From positions 32,240,001 to 32,304,000 of the forward strand of contig OX597824.1 of the NCBI GenBank assembly GCA_951406725.2: a stretch of DNA of 64,000 bases, in the 5' to 3' direction. Origin of the DNA: Octopus vulgaris (lineage: Eukaryota). The notes beneath the pieces were generated by a model. The model was not told where the DNA came from. It saw nothing but the letters and a program-made list of their open reading frames with translations, and made no database searches. The position numbers and the translations under genes were made by a program. Below are positions 1 through 13,373 of this stretch, piece by piece; position 1 is the stretch's first letter; each line of letters begins with the position of its first letter.

Positions 1-156
1 AATGTAATTTTGATAAATATATCTGTTAAAACGAGAAGTCAGTGTTATTTTCATTTTTTGTGTAATTTAGACGACAGCTTATTCACTGCAACCTGTATAT
101 ATACATATATACAATAGGTTTCTTTCAGTTTCTGTCTACCAGATCCACTTACAAGG

Positions 157-264
157 CTTTTGTTAAGCTGGGGCTTAGAAGACACTTTCCCAAAGTACCA
201 CGCAGTGGAACTGAACCCAGAAACGTGGTTGGGAAGCAAGCTTCTTACCACATATCCGTGCCTG

Positions 265-301
<37 letters not shown>

Positions 302-611
302 GTGTATGTATTTAGTATAAGATATGGATTCAGAGAATCATATGGATATCACAGAAAGCTGCTCTTATAGACTCAACTACCAGTCTTTTGTTAAGCTGGG
401 GCTTAGAAGACACTTTCCCAAAGTACCACGCAGTGGAACTGAACCCAGAAACGTGGTTGGGAAGCAAGCTTCTTACCACATAGCCGTGCCTGCACACACA
501 CACATACATATATATATATACATATATGTGTATGTATTTAGTATAAGATATGGATTCAGAGAATCATATGGATATCACAGAAAGCTGCTCTTATAGACTC
601 AACTACCAGTC
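157..611. repeat. Near-perfect ~229-bp tandem duplication containing a SINE head and (TA)n
   Basis: CTTTTGTTAAGCTGGGGCTTAGAAGACAC...CAACTACCAGTC occurs twice (from 157 and from 386). Confidence 0.9.
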
Positions 612-855
612 CACATAGTAATCTAATATGGAGAAGTGTAATGGAAAGTGTTCATGCAGCTGCAATCCAGAAGATCTGATTGATGAGATTATTTCATGAG
701 GAGAATTTAAACTATATACAAATAGCTACTAGAAGCCACAAGTGAGAGTTGAGTGCAGGTGGGGACCAAGGCAGATCAATTACTTCGAGGAGGAGCATGA
801 CTGTTGCCCCATCAGAGGTACTACCCCTCCCGTACACCCTGTCAAGAGGTATGGG

Positions 856-1165
856 AAGTGAATATACATTTATTTAACCACTTGACATCTTTGGGACTAC
901 AGCTGTTTCGCAGACTTCTTCATATAGTGATAACTTTAGTTTGGAAGAAATTATGTTTACATATTTGCATTAATATGCTTATTTGGCATTATACAATATG
1001 ATTGTATATTGCAAATATACAATTGTATAATGCATAGCATGCACATTAATGCAGACATGCAAACATAATTTATTATATACTGAAATTCTTATTACATGAA
1101 GAAGGCTGTGAAACAGCTGTAATCCTAAGGAGGTTAAGTGATTAAATAAATATATCCACATACTT
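856..1165. mobile_element. Imperfect ~310-bp palindrome, Penelope-like terminal-repeat remnant
   Basis: The arms are reverse complements; each carries TGAAGA...GAAACAGCTGTA. A single arm recurs at about 59925-60080. Confidence 0.6.
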
Positions 1166-1180
1166 TTAAAATCTTTATGG

Positions 1181-1246
<66 letters not shown>

Positions 1247-2392
1247 CAACAGGCATCTTCCAGTTTCTATCTAACAAACTCATTGACAAGGATTTGGGTA
1301 GCTTGGGGCAATAGTAGAAGAAGACATGCTCAAGATGCCGCACAGTGGGACTGAACCCAAAACCATGTGATTGGGAAGTAAATTTCTAAGCACACAGCCA
1401 TGCTCACACCTATTGACATATTTTTCTGAGACTGATGGAAAGAGGAGAAGACGTTAATTCTCAATGCCGAGGCTTGGCCTTAATGCCTGCAAATAGAGTG
1501 GACTCTGCTAAAGATTCTCACATAAAGGATTTAAAAAAAAAAGAAATGGGGAGGATATTTTATTTTATTTATTTATTTATTTTAATGTGTAACATGAAAC
1601 ACCAACATTTCCAGAAGGAAAAAAAAATTATCTTTGTTTTGCCAAAAGTTATTTGTGTAATGAATAGGAACTCTGTCACAAATTTAGTTCCTACTATGAT
1701 CTGAGCTGGTATACATGTATTTCATAAGAATTATGAAAACTGTTTAAATAATATTATGGTCTGTAATGATGACAGCTGTGGAAACTCTTTAGCACAAGGA
1801 AGTGGGAAAACAAACATGAAACAATGAGCTGAATAACAAATGCTATTACATTATTAGTACAAGTACAGCTTAGATCACATATTAACCATTCAAAAACACA
1901 AAGACTGTTAACGTAAAAATCTTTTTTACTTGGTGTCAAAATTTTTCGACACACCTATTCACATCAAAACTGTGTCAGTGATAAGGCTGCGACATAAATC
2001 TTTACCCCAAATAATAAATGTTTAACTCTTTAGCATGAAAACTGGCCATATCCAGCCCAAATATTCTGTTTTATGTTAAAATTGACCAGATCCGACCTCT
2101 CACACCTACCTTACAGTGTCATTTCATAAATAAACAATCACACTATTGAAATCTCAAAGCTACGAGATAATGGCGGATTAATTCAAAGCAATATAAATAA
2201 ATAATCATTAGATTTGACAGAGTAAGCTGAGTGCTTAAGGGTTAGATGAAGTTAACAAGTCTCTTTGTATTTTTGAATGGCTAAAATGTGTCTTCTATGC
2301 TGTAATTACTTTCGTTTCAACACATCTTCTCAGATCAAATCACTTGCAAGACAAGCACATCTCTGAAATACATTATTAAAATTACCACATAC

Positions 2393-2730
2393 CTGTGCCG
2401 GTGGCACGTAAAAAGCACCATCCGAACGTGGCCGATGCCAGCGCCGCCTTGACTGGCTTCTGTGCCGGTTGTACGTAAAAAGCACCAACCGATCGTGGCC
2501 GCTGCCAGCCTCCCCTGGCACCTGTGCCAGTGGCACATAAAAAGCACCCACTACACTCACGGAGTGGTTGGCGTTAGGAAGGGCATCCAGCTGTAGAAAC
2601 ACTGCCAGATTAGACTGGAGCCTGGTGCAGCCCCTGGCTTCCCAGACCCCAGTCAAACCGTCCAACCTGTGCTAGCACAGAAAACGGACGTTAAACGATG
2701 ATGATGATGATCATCATCATCATCATCAAC
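2393..2730 (+). mobile_element. RTE-LINE 3' end (5'-truncated) with (GAT)n tail
   Basis: GGAGTGGTTGGCGTTAGGAAGGGCATCCAGC...CGTTAAACGATGATG family; copies also at about 4560-4730, 9521-10049, 15751-15980 and 32340-32585 (+), and 17864-18062 and 33826-34095 (-). Confidence 0.8.
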
Positions 2731-2770
2731 AACAACAATAACAACAACAAAAATGATGGTGATAAATTAC

Positions 2771-2979
2771 CTGGTTATTTTCTTCATCTCTTTTCCAGAA
2801 TGTTCTTCATTGCTTTTATTCACAGTGGCTTTCTCTTTCTTGGGGGCTGATTCTTTCTCTTTCTTGGGGGCTGATTGTTTCTCTTTAGTTTCTTTGGGAG
2901 GTTTCCAGTCTTGGCCACTCTTACTCTTGTAATCAGCTTTTAGTGAGAGCAAGATCTTGACTTCTGCATCTACCTGTTC
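2771..2979 (-). CDS. EPRS: EPRS exon 23 (WHEP3 helix 2, Lys-rich linker, start of ProRS KKITR)
   Basis: [28 protein letters not shown]...; 209 nt; GTAATT donor, phase 2. Confidence 0.92.
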
Positions 2980-5900
2980 CTGTTGGTTTCAAATACATTA
3001 AACAGACTTTCAATTTCTTACTACTATAGGTGCAGGCGTGGCTGTATGGTAAGAAGTGGGCTTTCCAAACACATGGTTCTGAGTTCAGCCCCACTTGTGG
3101 AATCCTTGGGGAAGACTCGGGCTGACCAAAGCCTTGTGAGTAGATTTGGTAGATGGTAACAGAAAGAAGCCCATTATATATACACATATATATCTATGTC
3201 TGTGTGTCTTTGTTTGTACCCCACCACTGCTTGACAACTGGTGTTGGTGTGTTTACATCCTTGTAACTGAGCAGCATGGAAAAGGGACATTAATGAAGAA
3301 GAGGAGGAACGAAAAGTAAAGTTCATGTCTTTTATCTTTTACTTGTTTCTGTCATCTGACTGTGGCCATGCTGGGGCAACCACCTTGAGGAATATATAGT
3401 CAAATGAATCAACCTCAGGACAATTTTACTTAGCCTGACTTGTTTTCTCAAGCACAGCAAACCATAAGAATTCTCAGTCCCTTGTCATTTCTTCTGTGAG
3501 CCCAATGTCTGGAGATCTTGTCTCACTACTTTGCCCCACACCTTCTTAGATCTACCCCTTCCACAATTAGAGATCAGCATTTCTTTATACCCTTTATTGA
3601 TAAAATAAATATCAGTAATCTCCTATCCTCTTGCAAAAAAAAAAAGGTCTTGCAATTGAAAATTTTCTTTTAATTTCCTGTTTTACATCTACAGCTTAAT
3701 GCCCTTCCTAATGCCAATTACTCCAAGAGTGTAAAAGGTGCTTTTTAGATTCCACCAGCACGGGAGTCAGTCAGGTGGCACTGGCATCGACCACACTCGA
3801 AGGGTGCTTACTATGTACCACTGGCATGGGTGCCAGTCAGGAGGTACTGGCATTAGCCATGATGATTTCACTTGACTCAACAGGTCTTCTCAAGCACAGC
3901 ATATTGCCCAACGATTGAAGGGTACTCTTAAATGGGTTGGTTATGCGACACTGGCATAGGCCATGGTTAAGATCTCACTTGGCTTGCCGGGTCTTCTCAA
4001 GTACAGTATATCTCTCAGTCACTTGTTATTGCCTCTGTGAGGCCCAATGTTCGAAGGTCATGCTTCACCACCTTATCCCCCAGGTCTTCCTGGGTTTACC
4101 TCTGCCACAGGTTCCCTCCACTGTTAGGGTGTGACACTTCTTTACACAGCTGTCCTCACCCATATGTAACACATGACCATACTAGTGCAGTCGTCTTTCT
4201 TGCACATCACATCTGATGCTTCTTACGTCATTCACTCTATAAAATTTATCACTGTATAACTGAATGAAAACTGTTTCAAGTGCTATTCCAATAGGCTTCC
4301 AAATTTTTCATTGACCATTTGTAAACTTTATATATAATACACAAATGGAGCTGATCAAGGCTACTCATTATTATTGTACATTTTCCTACTCTCATGGGTC
4401 AGACAGAATTTGCTGAGGTAGATTTTCTATGACAAGATACTCTTCATGTCCCTAACCCTCACTGTTTCCAAGTAAGGTAATATTCCCCCATGGCTAAATA
4501 CGTTTCACAGAAATTTGGAAATGAAGGACACTGCTTGTATGACAGTGACACTTGTTTACAACAAAGCACCCACTACACTCAGAGTGGTTGGCGTTAGGAA
4601 GGGCATCCAGTTGTAGAAACACTACCAGATCAAACTGGAGCCTGGTGCAGCCTCCTGGCTTCCCCAGACCCTGGTCAAACCGTCCAACCCATGCTAGCAT
4701 GGAAAACGGATGTTAAACGATGATGATGGTGATATCATGTCATGACAAAGATACATAACTTTCTCCCACTCTTTTACACACGATACACCCATCAATGGCA
4801 GGCTATAGAAGGGAAAATAAGTTGCCTCTTCTGTCCATAGACTGCAGTGGTACCTAGGACAAGTACACAACCCCTTAACCTCCCATGCCAGAGATATGGT
4901 GAAGACATCTGTAGCAGGACATTGGATAATTGACAAGGTGGCTTGAAGGTTATTGTGACCAAGTGGATGATTGGTACTATCAGACAACTGTTGGGCGTCA
5001 ACTAGCAAGTGAGCTGCTACTGCAAGGCACCCTCACCAACCATGCTCATTGCACTCTTGTATACTATTTCATACTTGGTGTGGAGGCACAGAGAGGCAAA
5101 CTAGTGGAGGATGTTGCCAACTGCTTTACTCACCATTCAAAGGCATTCTGTCCCTGAACAGAACAGTCAAAGTTGACCTATGGCAGATAACTGGCCAATG
5201 CATACATATATGTATGCACACATACACACAACAGGCTTTTTTCAGTTTCTAACAACCAAATCCACTCACAATGCTTTGGTTGGCTTGGGGTTATAGTAGA
5301 AGACATTTGCCCAAGGTGCCATGCAATGGGACTGAACCTGGAACCATATGGTTGGGAATCAAACTTCTTAACCACACAGCCACACAGTTAATAATATTTT
5401 AGTGAAGTCTATGAAAAAAAAGGGATAAGAACATATATAATGCAGAAAAATAAAGCATTTTGTTAGTTTCTTCCACCAACTGAATTACTGTAGGAAAACA
5501 GGGTAAGAAATACCAAGATACCTTTGGTGCTTTATCGGTTTTAAGTTGTCTCACTTTATTCCCCTGTTCTGTAATCTTTTGATTTATTTCAGCAACGGCT
5601 GGATCAGTGATGGTAGCAGCAGGTTTGTCTTTATCACCATTTACAGGTGATACTTCAGCTTTCCATTCAGTTCCGGTCAGAGTTTTATATTCAGCTTTCA
5701 AAGATAATAATATATTTACTTGAGCAGTTATTTCTTCCTGAAAGGGAAAAAAGAAGAATGAGAAATTACATCTTTTAACAGCAAAAAGAACAAAGAAGTC
5801 CTATAACAGTTTATTGACATTCTTTTTATTTCATGAAGTTTAGGAATTAATAAGACCACAGATTAACCCAATCGTACCGTATTCCTGGTATGGATGGAAT

Positions 5901-8900
5901 AGCCTAAATATAATCTCTACCAGATTCCCATTAAAGTGGTAATGAACAACACAGAAAAAGGAGATAAAATACTATAAAAATAGACAACCTATCATATTGC
6001 AGCTTTGTAGTCAAGTGAGTTTATGACTCAATGTTAATTACGTCCCCTGTAGCTGTTTACTTTTTTTTTAGTCACAAAAAAAAGATTTTTGTGATGAAAT
6101 GAGACTGTGATGAATCCAGTACTTTGTTTGGTATATGAACATGGCCTAGACATTTTACAGTTGAAGATATTATAGATAATATTTATTCTTTGAAGTGTTT
6201 ACCCATATGCAGACAATGAAACTGGTGAAAGTGATGAGGAAAGTAGTGATGCAGGTGAATAAATATAGTAGTTGAGTGAGAGGCTTATAATTGTTATTTT
6301 TTCGAATTTTTTTTTGGATTCTGTCCATTAGTTTGCCTGCAATAAACAAATATGGTATTGAGAACTAGCCATATTATTATTCCCTGAACAGTTTTGTGAT
6401 TCTGTCTATTAGCTTGTCTGCAATCATTACTCTTGAGCTGTGTATGCAAATACTTTTTGCGCAGGAGCCCTGGTGGAGGGTAAAATTAGACACTGGGGTC
6501 CAGGTCCAAGAGGGTTAAATTAAAATTATTTAGTATTAGGCAGAAGACATATTTCCCCCAGAGAGGCTGCTAATATCACAGGTAACTTTTGATCAAATAC
6601 CTTTTGATACCCTATGTTAGTTTTCACTAAAACACAGTACCAGTCCTACTATTCTTTTGTTAAATAAACCAAGTTAAGTTGTGTTCTTTAGAAATATAAT
6701 AGAAAACTTTCTACTGATTTAATTTCAATTTCATGAGTAACAACTTAACTTTTACCAAGATTGCATAGAACAGGTATGTAGATAAACTTTCCATATTTAC
6801 TCTTTAGCATTCAGATTACTCTGTTGTAAATAATGCTTATTTATTCAGATGGTTTTGAATTAACCACATATTATCTCATAGCTTTGAGATTTCGATGATG
6901 TGATTGTTTATTTTTAGAATGACATTGTTAGATAGGTGTGAGAAATCAGATCTGGTCAGTTTGAACATAGAGCAGGTAGACTATTTGGGCTTGATATGGC
7001 CAGTGTGAATGCTAAAGGGTTAATTTACTTCAGAAGACAATCACTGACAGACATCCCAACAGACCCAGGGCAGATGAAAACCTAAGATATTTAGCTGCTC
7101 ATCAAAGAGAAAGTAATTCCATACAAATCCAATATCCTGAATACTAATGGGCTTGTGACACTTGTTGCACCAGACCAATAAAGACTTGAAGGACAAGAGA
7201 GGAACTGGGCCTGCAAAAGCCATGCCCATTGGAATAACAAATCCCTGCTGTCTTTTGGGGTAATTTATTGAGCATTAAAAAAAAAAAAAGGCTAAGGGAG
7301 TAAACTCGTACAGAAAATCTGGAGGGGTGGGTGAGTTAAGGCAGGTATGCATGATTATACTTAACCAATATCTGAATCTCCTATAGTTCCATGGACTTGT
7401 CTTTACTGCATGGCGTATCCATGAGTGGGGAGGTGGTAAGTATACTTGGGATTAAGGATTTGTTCCTGGAAACAACCCAGGCACAACAGAGGTGAATAAG
7501 TTATTGTCTCTACAATATTGTCAACCAATGATGAAAAAGGCCAACCAATTAATTTATCCATTCACAAATAACTTTATCTGAACTGATACAAAGTAAAGGG
7601 TTAAGTTTCATTTATTTTCAAAACTTAACGAAAGATAACTTAGAATTATAAAGCACAAACCTTTGGTGCTTTACAAGACTTCAACTGGCGGACCTTATTT
7701 CCTTGGTCTTGGATACGTTTATTTAAGTCTGATGCATTTTGATTAGAAACTGGATTAGACGATGGTTGTGCAGCATCACCTTTTCCTTCAAAGGATTTTG
7801 TACATCCTGGTTTCCAATCAAACCCACTCACAGCCTTAAACTGACTCTTGTAACCTAAGAGAATTTTCACAGCTGCATCAATTTCAGACTGGAAATATAT
7901 AAATAAAAGATGAAATTAATTATATTAACAATATGATGGTGTCTGACACAGTGGTAGGAAAATAGTAGGGCTGTACAAGCTATGCACACAGATGCAGTAA
8001 AATGAGAGTGGGCAACAATTTCGGTGACAAAATTTTGTGTTAAATAGTCTTGCAGGTTCAAAGGGTTAAATAGTGCAATTAAACTGTTTGTTTTGTGTTG
8101 TTGTTAATATCTTAAAAGGCCATTTGCCAAGGTCAACTATTTATTGTGAAACAGCAGAAATGTAAAAATAGTTGTCAACTCAGTTGATATTTAAGTAATT
8201 TCCTTTTGGTAATAAACTTATAAATAATGTCTTAAAATATTATCAACATCATCATTTAACATGCACTTTTCCATGTTTGCTTGCATCAGACAGAATTTGT
8301 TAAGGCAGATTTTCTATGGCTGGATGCCCTTCCTGTCACCAACACTGTTCAGTTTCCAAGCAAGGTAACATTTTCCCATGGCCTGACATGTTTTTTAGGG
8401 AAGAGTGGAAATGAACATCACTTGTATGATGATGATGATGATGATTATGCTCATTTACAATGATTATGTGATGTTGAGACAAAGGTACACACAAGCATAC
8501 ACTCATATAGATATATTCTGGGTGACTTGTTTCAGTTTCTGTCTAGCAAACCGACTCACAAGGCTTTAGTCAGTCTAGAGTAGAAGACACTTGTCTGAAG
8601 TGCTGTGGGGTGGATTGAACCTGATACCATACAGTTCAGATTTGGTTGCACTGAAATGACAGAAGACACTTTCCCAAAATGCCACACAGTGGGATTGAAC
8701 CTAAAACCACATGGTTGAAAAATTGACTTTGGTAAGACTTGAACTCAAAGTGCAGTAAACCAGAACTACAATGTGTTCTCTCCAATGCTCTAATCATCAT
8801 CATCATTTAATGACTGTTTTCCATACTGGCATTGGTTGGATTGTTTGACTGGAGCTGGCAAGCCAGAGGACTGCATCAGACTCCAGGTTGTCTGTTTTGG

Positions 8901-11900
8901 CATGCTTTCTACAGCTGGATGCCTTTCCTAATGCCAACTACTTAACAGAATGTACTGGGTGCTTTTATATGGCACCAGGCTCTAAATAATTCTGCCAAAT
9001 CACTACTGTCAAAGGAAAATGAGAAAAAAAACAAAAACAATCAAACAAACTAATTCATCAAATGGAAAGATCTGATATAAAACTATTTTGTGTCACGCCA
9101 TAGCATCATTCCATTGTAAAAGAGATTTTGAACAAATGGTAAACAAACTGATAGCATCAACATGGGACATACCTTGGCAGCTTTATTTTCTTTAAGTTTA
9201 CGAACAATAGCACCTTGTTGTTGGATTTGAGCATCCACATCCAACGCTTCTTTAGAAAACACTTGGGGGAATTCTTCTTGTGGAGATTTTTCAGCTGATT
9301 TTCCTTTCTTACTTTGTGCTTTCTGAAGGAATAAAAAAATATTTCAAGTGAAAAAAACACCCTTCTCTGGAGATGATTACACGTGCCCTGATTCTGTTGT
9401 GTCAATCATTTCTAACACAAAGTAAATTCTGGAAAATAGCTGCTGTAGTTTGACCAACTGGTAACATTTACTTCCAGTTATATTGAACTTTACTGCATAG
9501 AGTTCTAAAATTCATAGGACGACTGGCATCCGTGCTAGTAGGGTGCAAAGAGCACCATATAAGTGTGATCGTTTACAGAGCAGCTAACCGGCTTCTGTGC
9601 CAGTGGCACATAAAAGGCACCATTTGAGTGTGATTGTTACCAGCGTCGCCTTACTGGCACTTGAGCCCCGTGCTAGTAGGCTGCTAAGAGTATCATCCGA
9701 GCGTGATCGTTGCCAGAGCAGCTAACTGGCTTCCGTGCCGGTGGTACGTAAAAGGCACCATTTGAGCAAGGTCATTACCAGCATCGCTTTACTGGCACCT
9801 GTGCCGGTGGCATGTGTAAAAAGATTTGAGTGAGGTCATTGCCAGTACCGCCAGACTGGCCCCCGTGCCGGTGGCACGTAAAAGCACCCACTACACTGTC
9901 GGAGTGGTTGGCGTTAGGAAGGGCATCCAGCTGTAGAAACTCTGCCAGATCAAAATTGGAGCCTGTAGCAGCCATCTGGTTCGCCAGCCCTCAGTCAAAA
10001 TCGTCCAACCCATGCTAGCTGGGAAAGCGGACGTTAAACGATGATGATGGTTACTTGCTTTCCATGACATATAAATGACCGAGATAATAACATACCACTC
10101 TGAACAGGATGCCAGTTCATGGCAGGGTTATTCATTTATCACAGAGTGAACTGGAGCAATATGAAATAAAGTGTTTTGCTCAAGAATACAATACACTGCA
10201 AGGTCAAGGAATTGTGACCATGATTTTGCAATCACAAGTGCAATACCCTAACCACTAGGCCACGCACCTTTTATATGGCTGAGAGAAAATAAATGAGAAT
10301 ATCCTACACACTGCAAATGTGGTGGGGTCTAATATGTGTATAGTATATAATATTGAAAATATATGACCAACATCATCCAAACAATTAGTTGATAAAAACT
10401 CCCATTTGGGAACATGAAAAAATGTAAAGAAAACAAATGAGATGACTCCAGTAACATCAGCCAACTGAAATGTTAGGATACTATAGACAATGCAGATTCG
10501 AGTGGATCTGGTCTTTAAAGTCAACTGGTGAAGGCAATGGGTATGTTTTTACCCAATGAGACTTCCATACCAAACTCTACTCTCTTCAGCTGGCAACATT
10601 AACAGTGATAAACATAGAGAAATAGAGGAAGAATAAAGTGATGCTGATTTGTTATGTCTTTTTTTTTCTTGAGCCCAAGGATTCATAAGGTAAGTGACCA
10701 GATCTCCATGGTGACCAAGATTACAACATTGCCCTGAATAGGACACTGGTCTGTTGAAGGGTAAAAGGCCAGCAATTGTGAAGGGAGAAGAAAAGTCAAT
10801 TATGCTGACCCCAGTACTTGACTGGTACTTAATTTATTGACCTCAAAGGGATGAAAAGCAAAACAGACTCTTGGTGGGATTTGAACTCAAAGATACATTG
10901 CTAAGTTTTTCGTTTGACATGCTAATGATTCTGCCAGCCTGTTGCTGATTTTTGTTGGTACTAAAATCTATTCCAAGCCCATTCTATGCAGTCTTAGCCA
11001 TTTTATTCATGTTGTCCTTAGTGTATTTCATATGCGTGGATTTGTGGTTAGATTTATTTGGTTCATGATTGTAAGGTTCTGAGTTTGATATCTGATCACA
11101 CCTCGTGCCCTTGAGCAAGATGCTTTATTCCACATTATTCCAGTGCACTCAGCTGTCAAAAATGAGTAGTATCTGTAATTCAAAGGGACAGCCTTGTCAT
11201 GTTCTGTTTCATGCTGAATCTCCCTGAGAACTATGTTAAGGCCATGTATGCATGTGTGTGTGGATTTCTCAGCCACTTTCACATTAGAATACCTTCCATC
11301 AGGCATTTACCATATTCTGAATGCCTTACTTCCCTGGGCATGGACACATTGAAACTCCAACGTCTGGCAGCTGACTTGGCAGACACCCATAAAATTATTA
11401 ACCATCTTACAAACAATAACTCTGAGCACCTTTTCAAACTCCACTTGTCTAACACCCATGGACATATTTACAAAGTCAGAAAACAGCACAGCTCCCATGA
11501 CTTTAGGAAACATTTTTTCACGCTGAGAGTTGCTGAAGCATGGAACAAACTGCCGGCATCAGTTGTTAGTTGTCGGAGCACTGCATCCTTCAAAACTTTC
11601 ATGCTTCCTGAGATTCGCCAACACTACACCTGATTTTCTCCCCTCCATACACGCACAAGCATGTATCTGACTCATACATTGTTCGCTTTCCAGACATTTG
11701 TACATTACTGCATATACTTTATACACACTTTCTGACAAGTTGTGGTGCACCTGAGTACTGTATACAATAATTTCATTATTATTATACATTATTATTTTAA
11801 TTTCATGAACAGGCTGTTCCACTGGTCGGATCAACTGGAACCCTGATTGTCATAACTGACAGAGTGCCAGTTTATTAAGACTTTACACAACATGTTCCTC

Positions 11901-13146
11901 TTAGTCTAACATCTAAAGTTATAGACAATGCCTGTTAATATAACTTGTAGTGCACTAAGCTAATGGGCATGTCTCTATGAAATTCTGTGATCTGTTGATA
12001 TAGAAGTTAATCTATGAAATAGTTATAATCAGAAAACTGAGTAATAGTTTCAACCCAAGCAACTCCTGACAATTTTATATCACAGAAGAGATTCAAACAG
12101 GCCAAATCTATATTGGGATCTTTTTGGTTTGAACGGCAGTTTTTAAAAATAATTTCCACGTAACTAAACACTTTTAAACTTCGTATACTGGTAGAATGTG
12201 TTTATAAAACATCTTTTTCTCTTGGCTTTATTGAGAAAATTCTATGGTTTGTAAAATATTTGTTGTTTTTCTTCTTCAATTTCAACAATCAATGACGTCT
12301 ATTGAGGTGAAAACATTCTGTGCCGTATGAATATGTCCCTCGTTTAAGAAACAGATTGGGTTTATTTACATTTGTGAAGAAAAAAAATACCCTTCCCCCC
12401 ACCCCTAACCCTAACCCTAAAACATTGAAATGCAATAGGGTCATAATTATGGGTGACAATTTCATATGACACCGCTAGAAAAAACTGCCATTCAAACTGA
12501 AAAGATCCCTATATTGTATTGATCTTTCCTATAAAAGTTGATCAGCAGTTTTTACAACTCCTTCAAATAAGAAACATACTGCAAATAACAATCATTTATG
12601 GGAAGACTTACTTCTTTAGCACTAATTTCTTGACGAGGTTGTTCTTGTTTATCGCAGACTCCAGATTTTGACTTTTCTTTCTGATGACCATCAGGAATAT
12701 AGAAAAGGACACATGGACTTTCTAAACCAGAGAAACGACTTCAATAGAAACAGAAACAAATAGAAAAATATTAAAAGTAATTGAAATAGTGTGACAATAG
12801 TTTGGGCTTTCAGTATATGTACACACACACACAAACACATACATGTAATAGTATTGCTTACTTGGAAATTCTCCCTGAGAATATTTTACAATAATTTATT
12901 AAAAGTGAGTAAATAGAAGTTATATTCTTTAAGTGATTCTTGATGTGTCTATTTATTCAATTTTATCTTTTACATGTTTCAGTAATTTCACTGTGGCTAT
13001 GCTGAGGCACAGCCTTGAAAGGTTTTTTAGTCGAACAAATTGACCCCCAGGACTTATTTTTTTTAAGCCTAGGTACTTCATTTATTGGTCTCTTTTGCCA
13101 AACTACTATGTTACAGGAACAAAAAAAAAAACAGACACAAAGACAA

Positions 13147-13235
<89 letters not shown>

Positions 13236-13328
13236 TATAAATATATATATATATATAGATATAAATATACATATATATATAGATATAAATATATATATAT
13301 ATATAGATATAAATATATATATATATAT

Positions 13329-13373
<45 letters not shown>

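Noticed and set aside
1-2770. Next EPRS exon (ProRS LGLE...WYSQV region)
   Set aside because: I found no matching minus-strand exon; it presumably lies outside the window.
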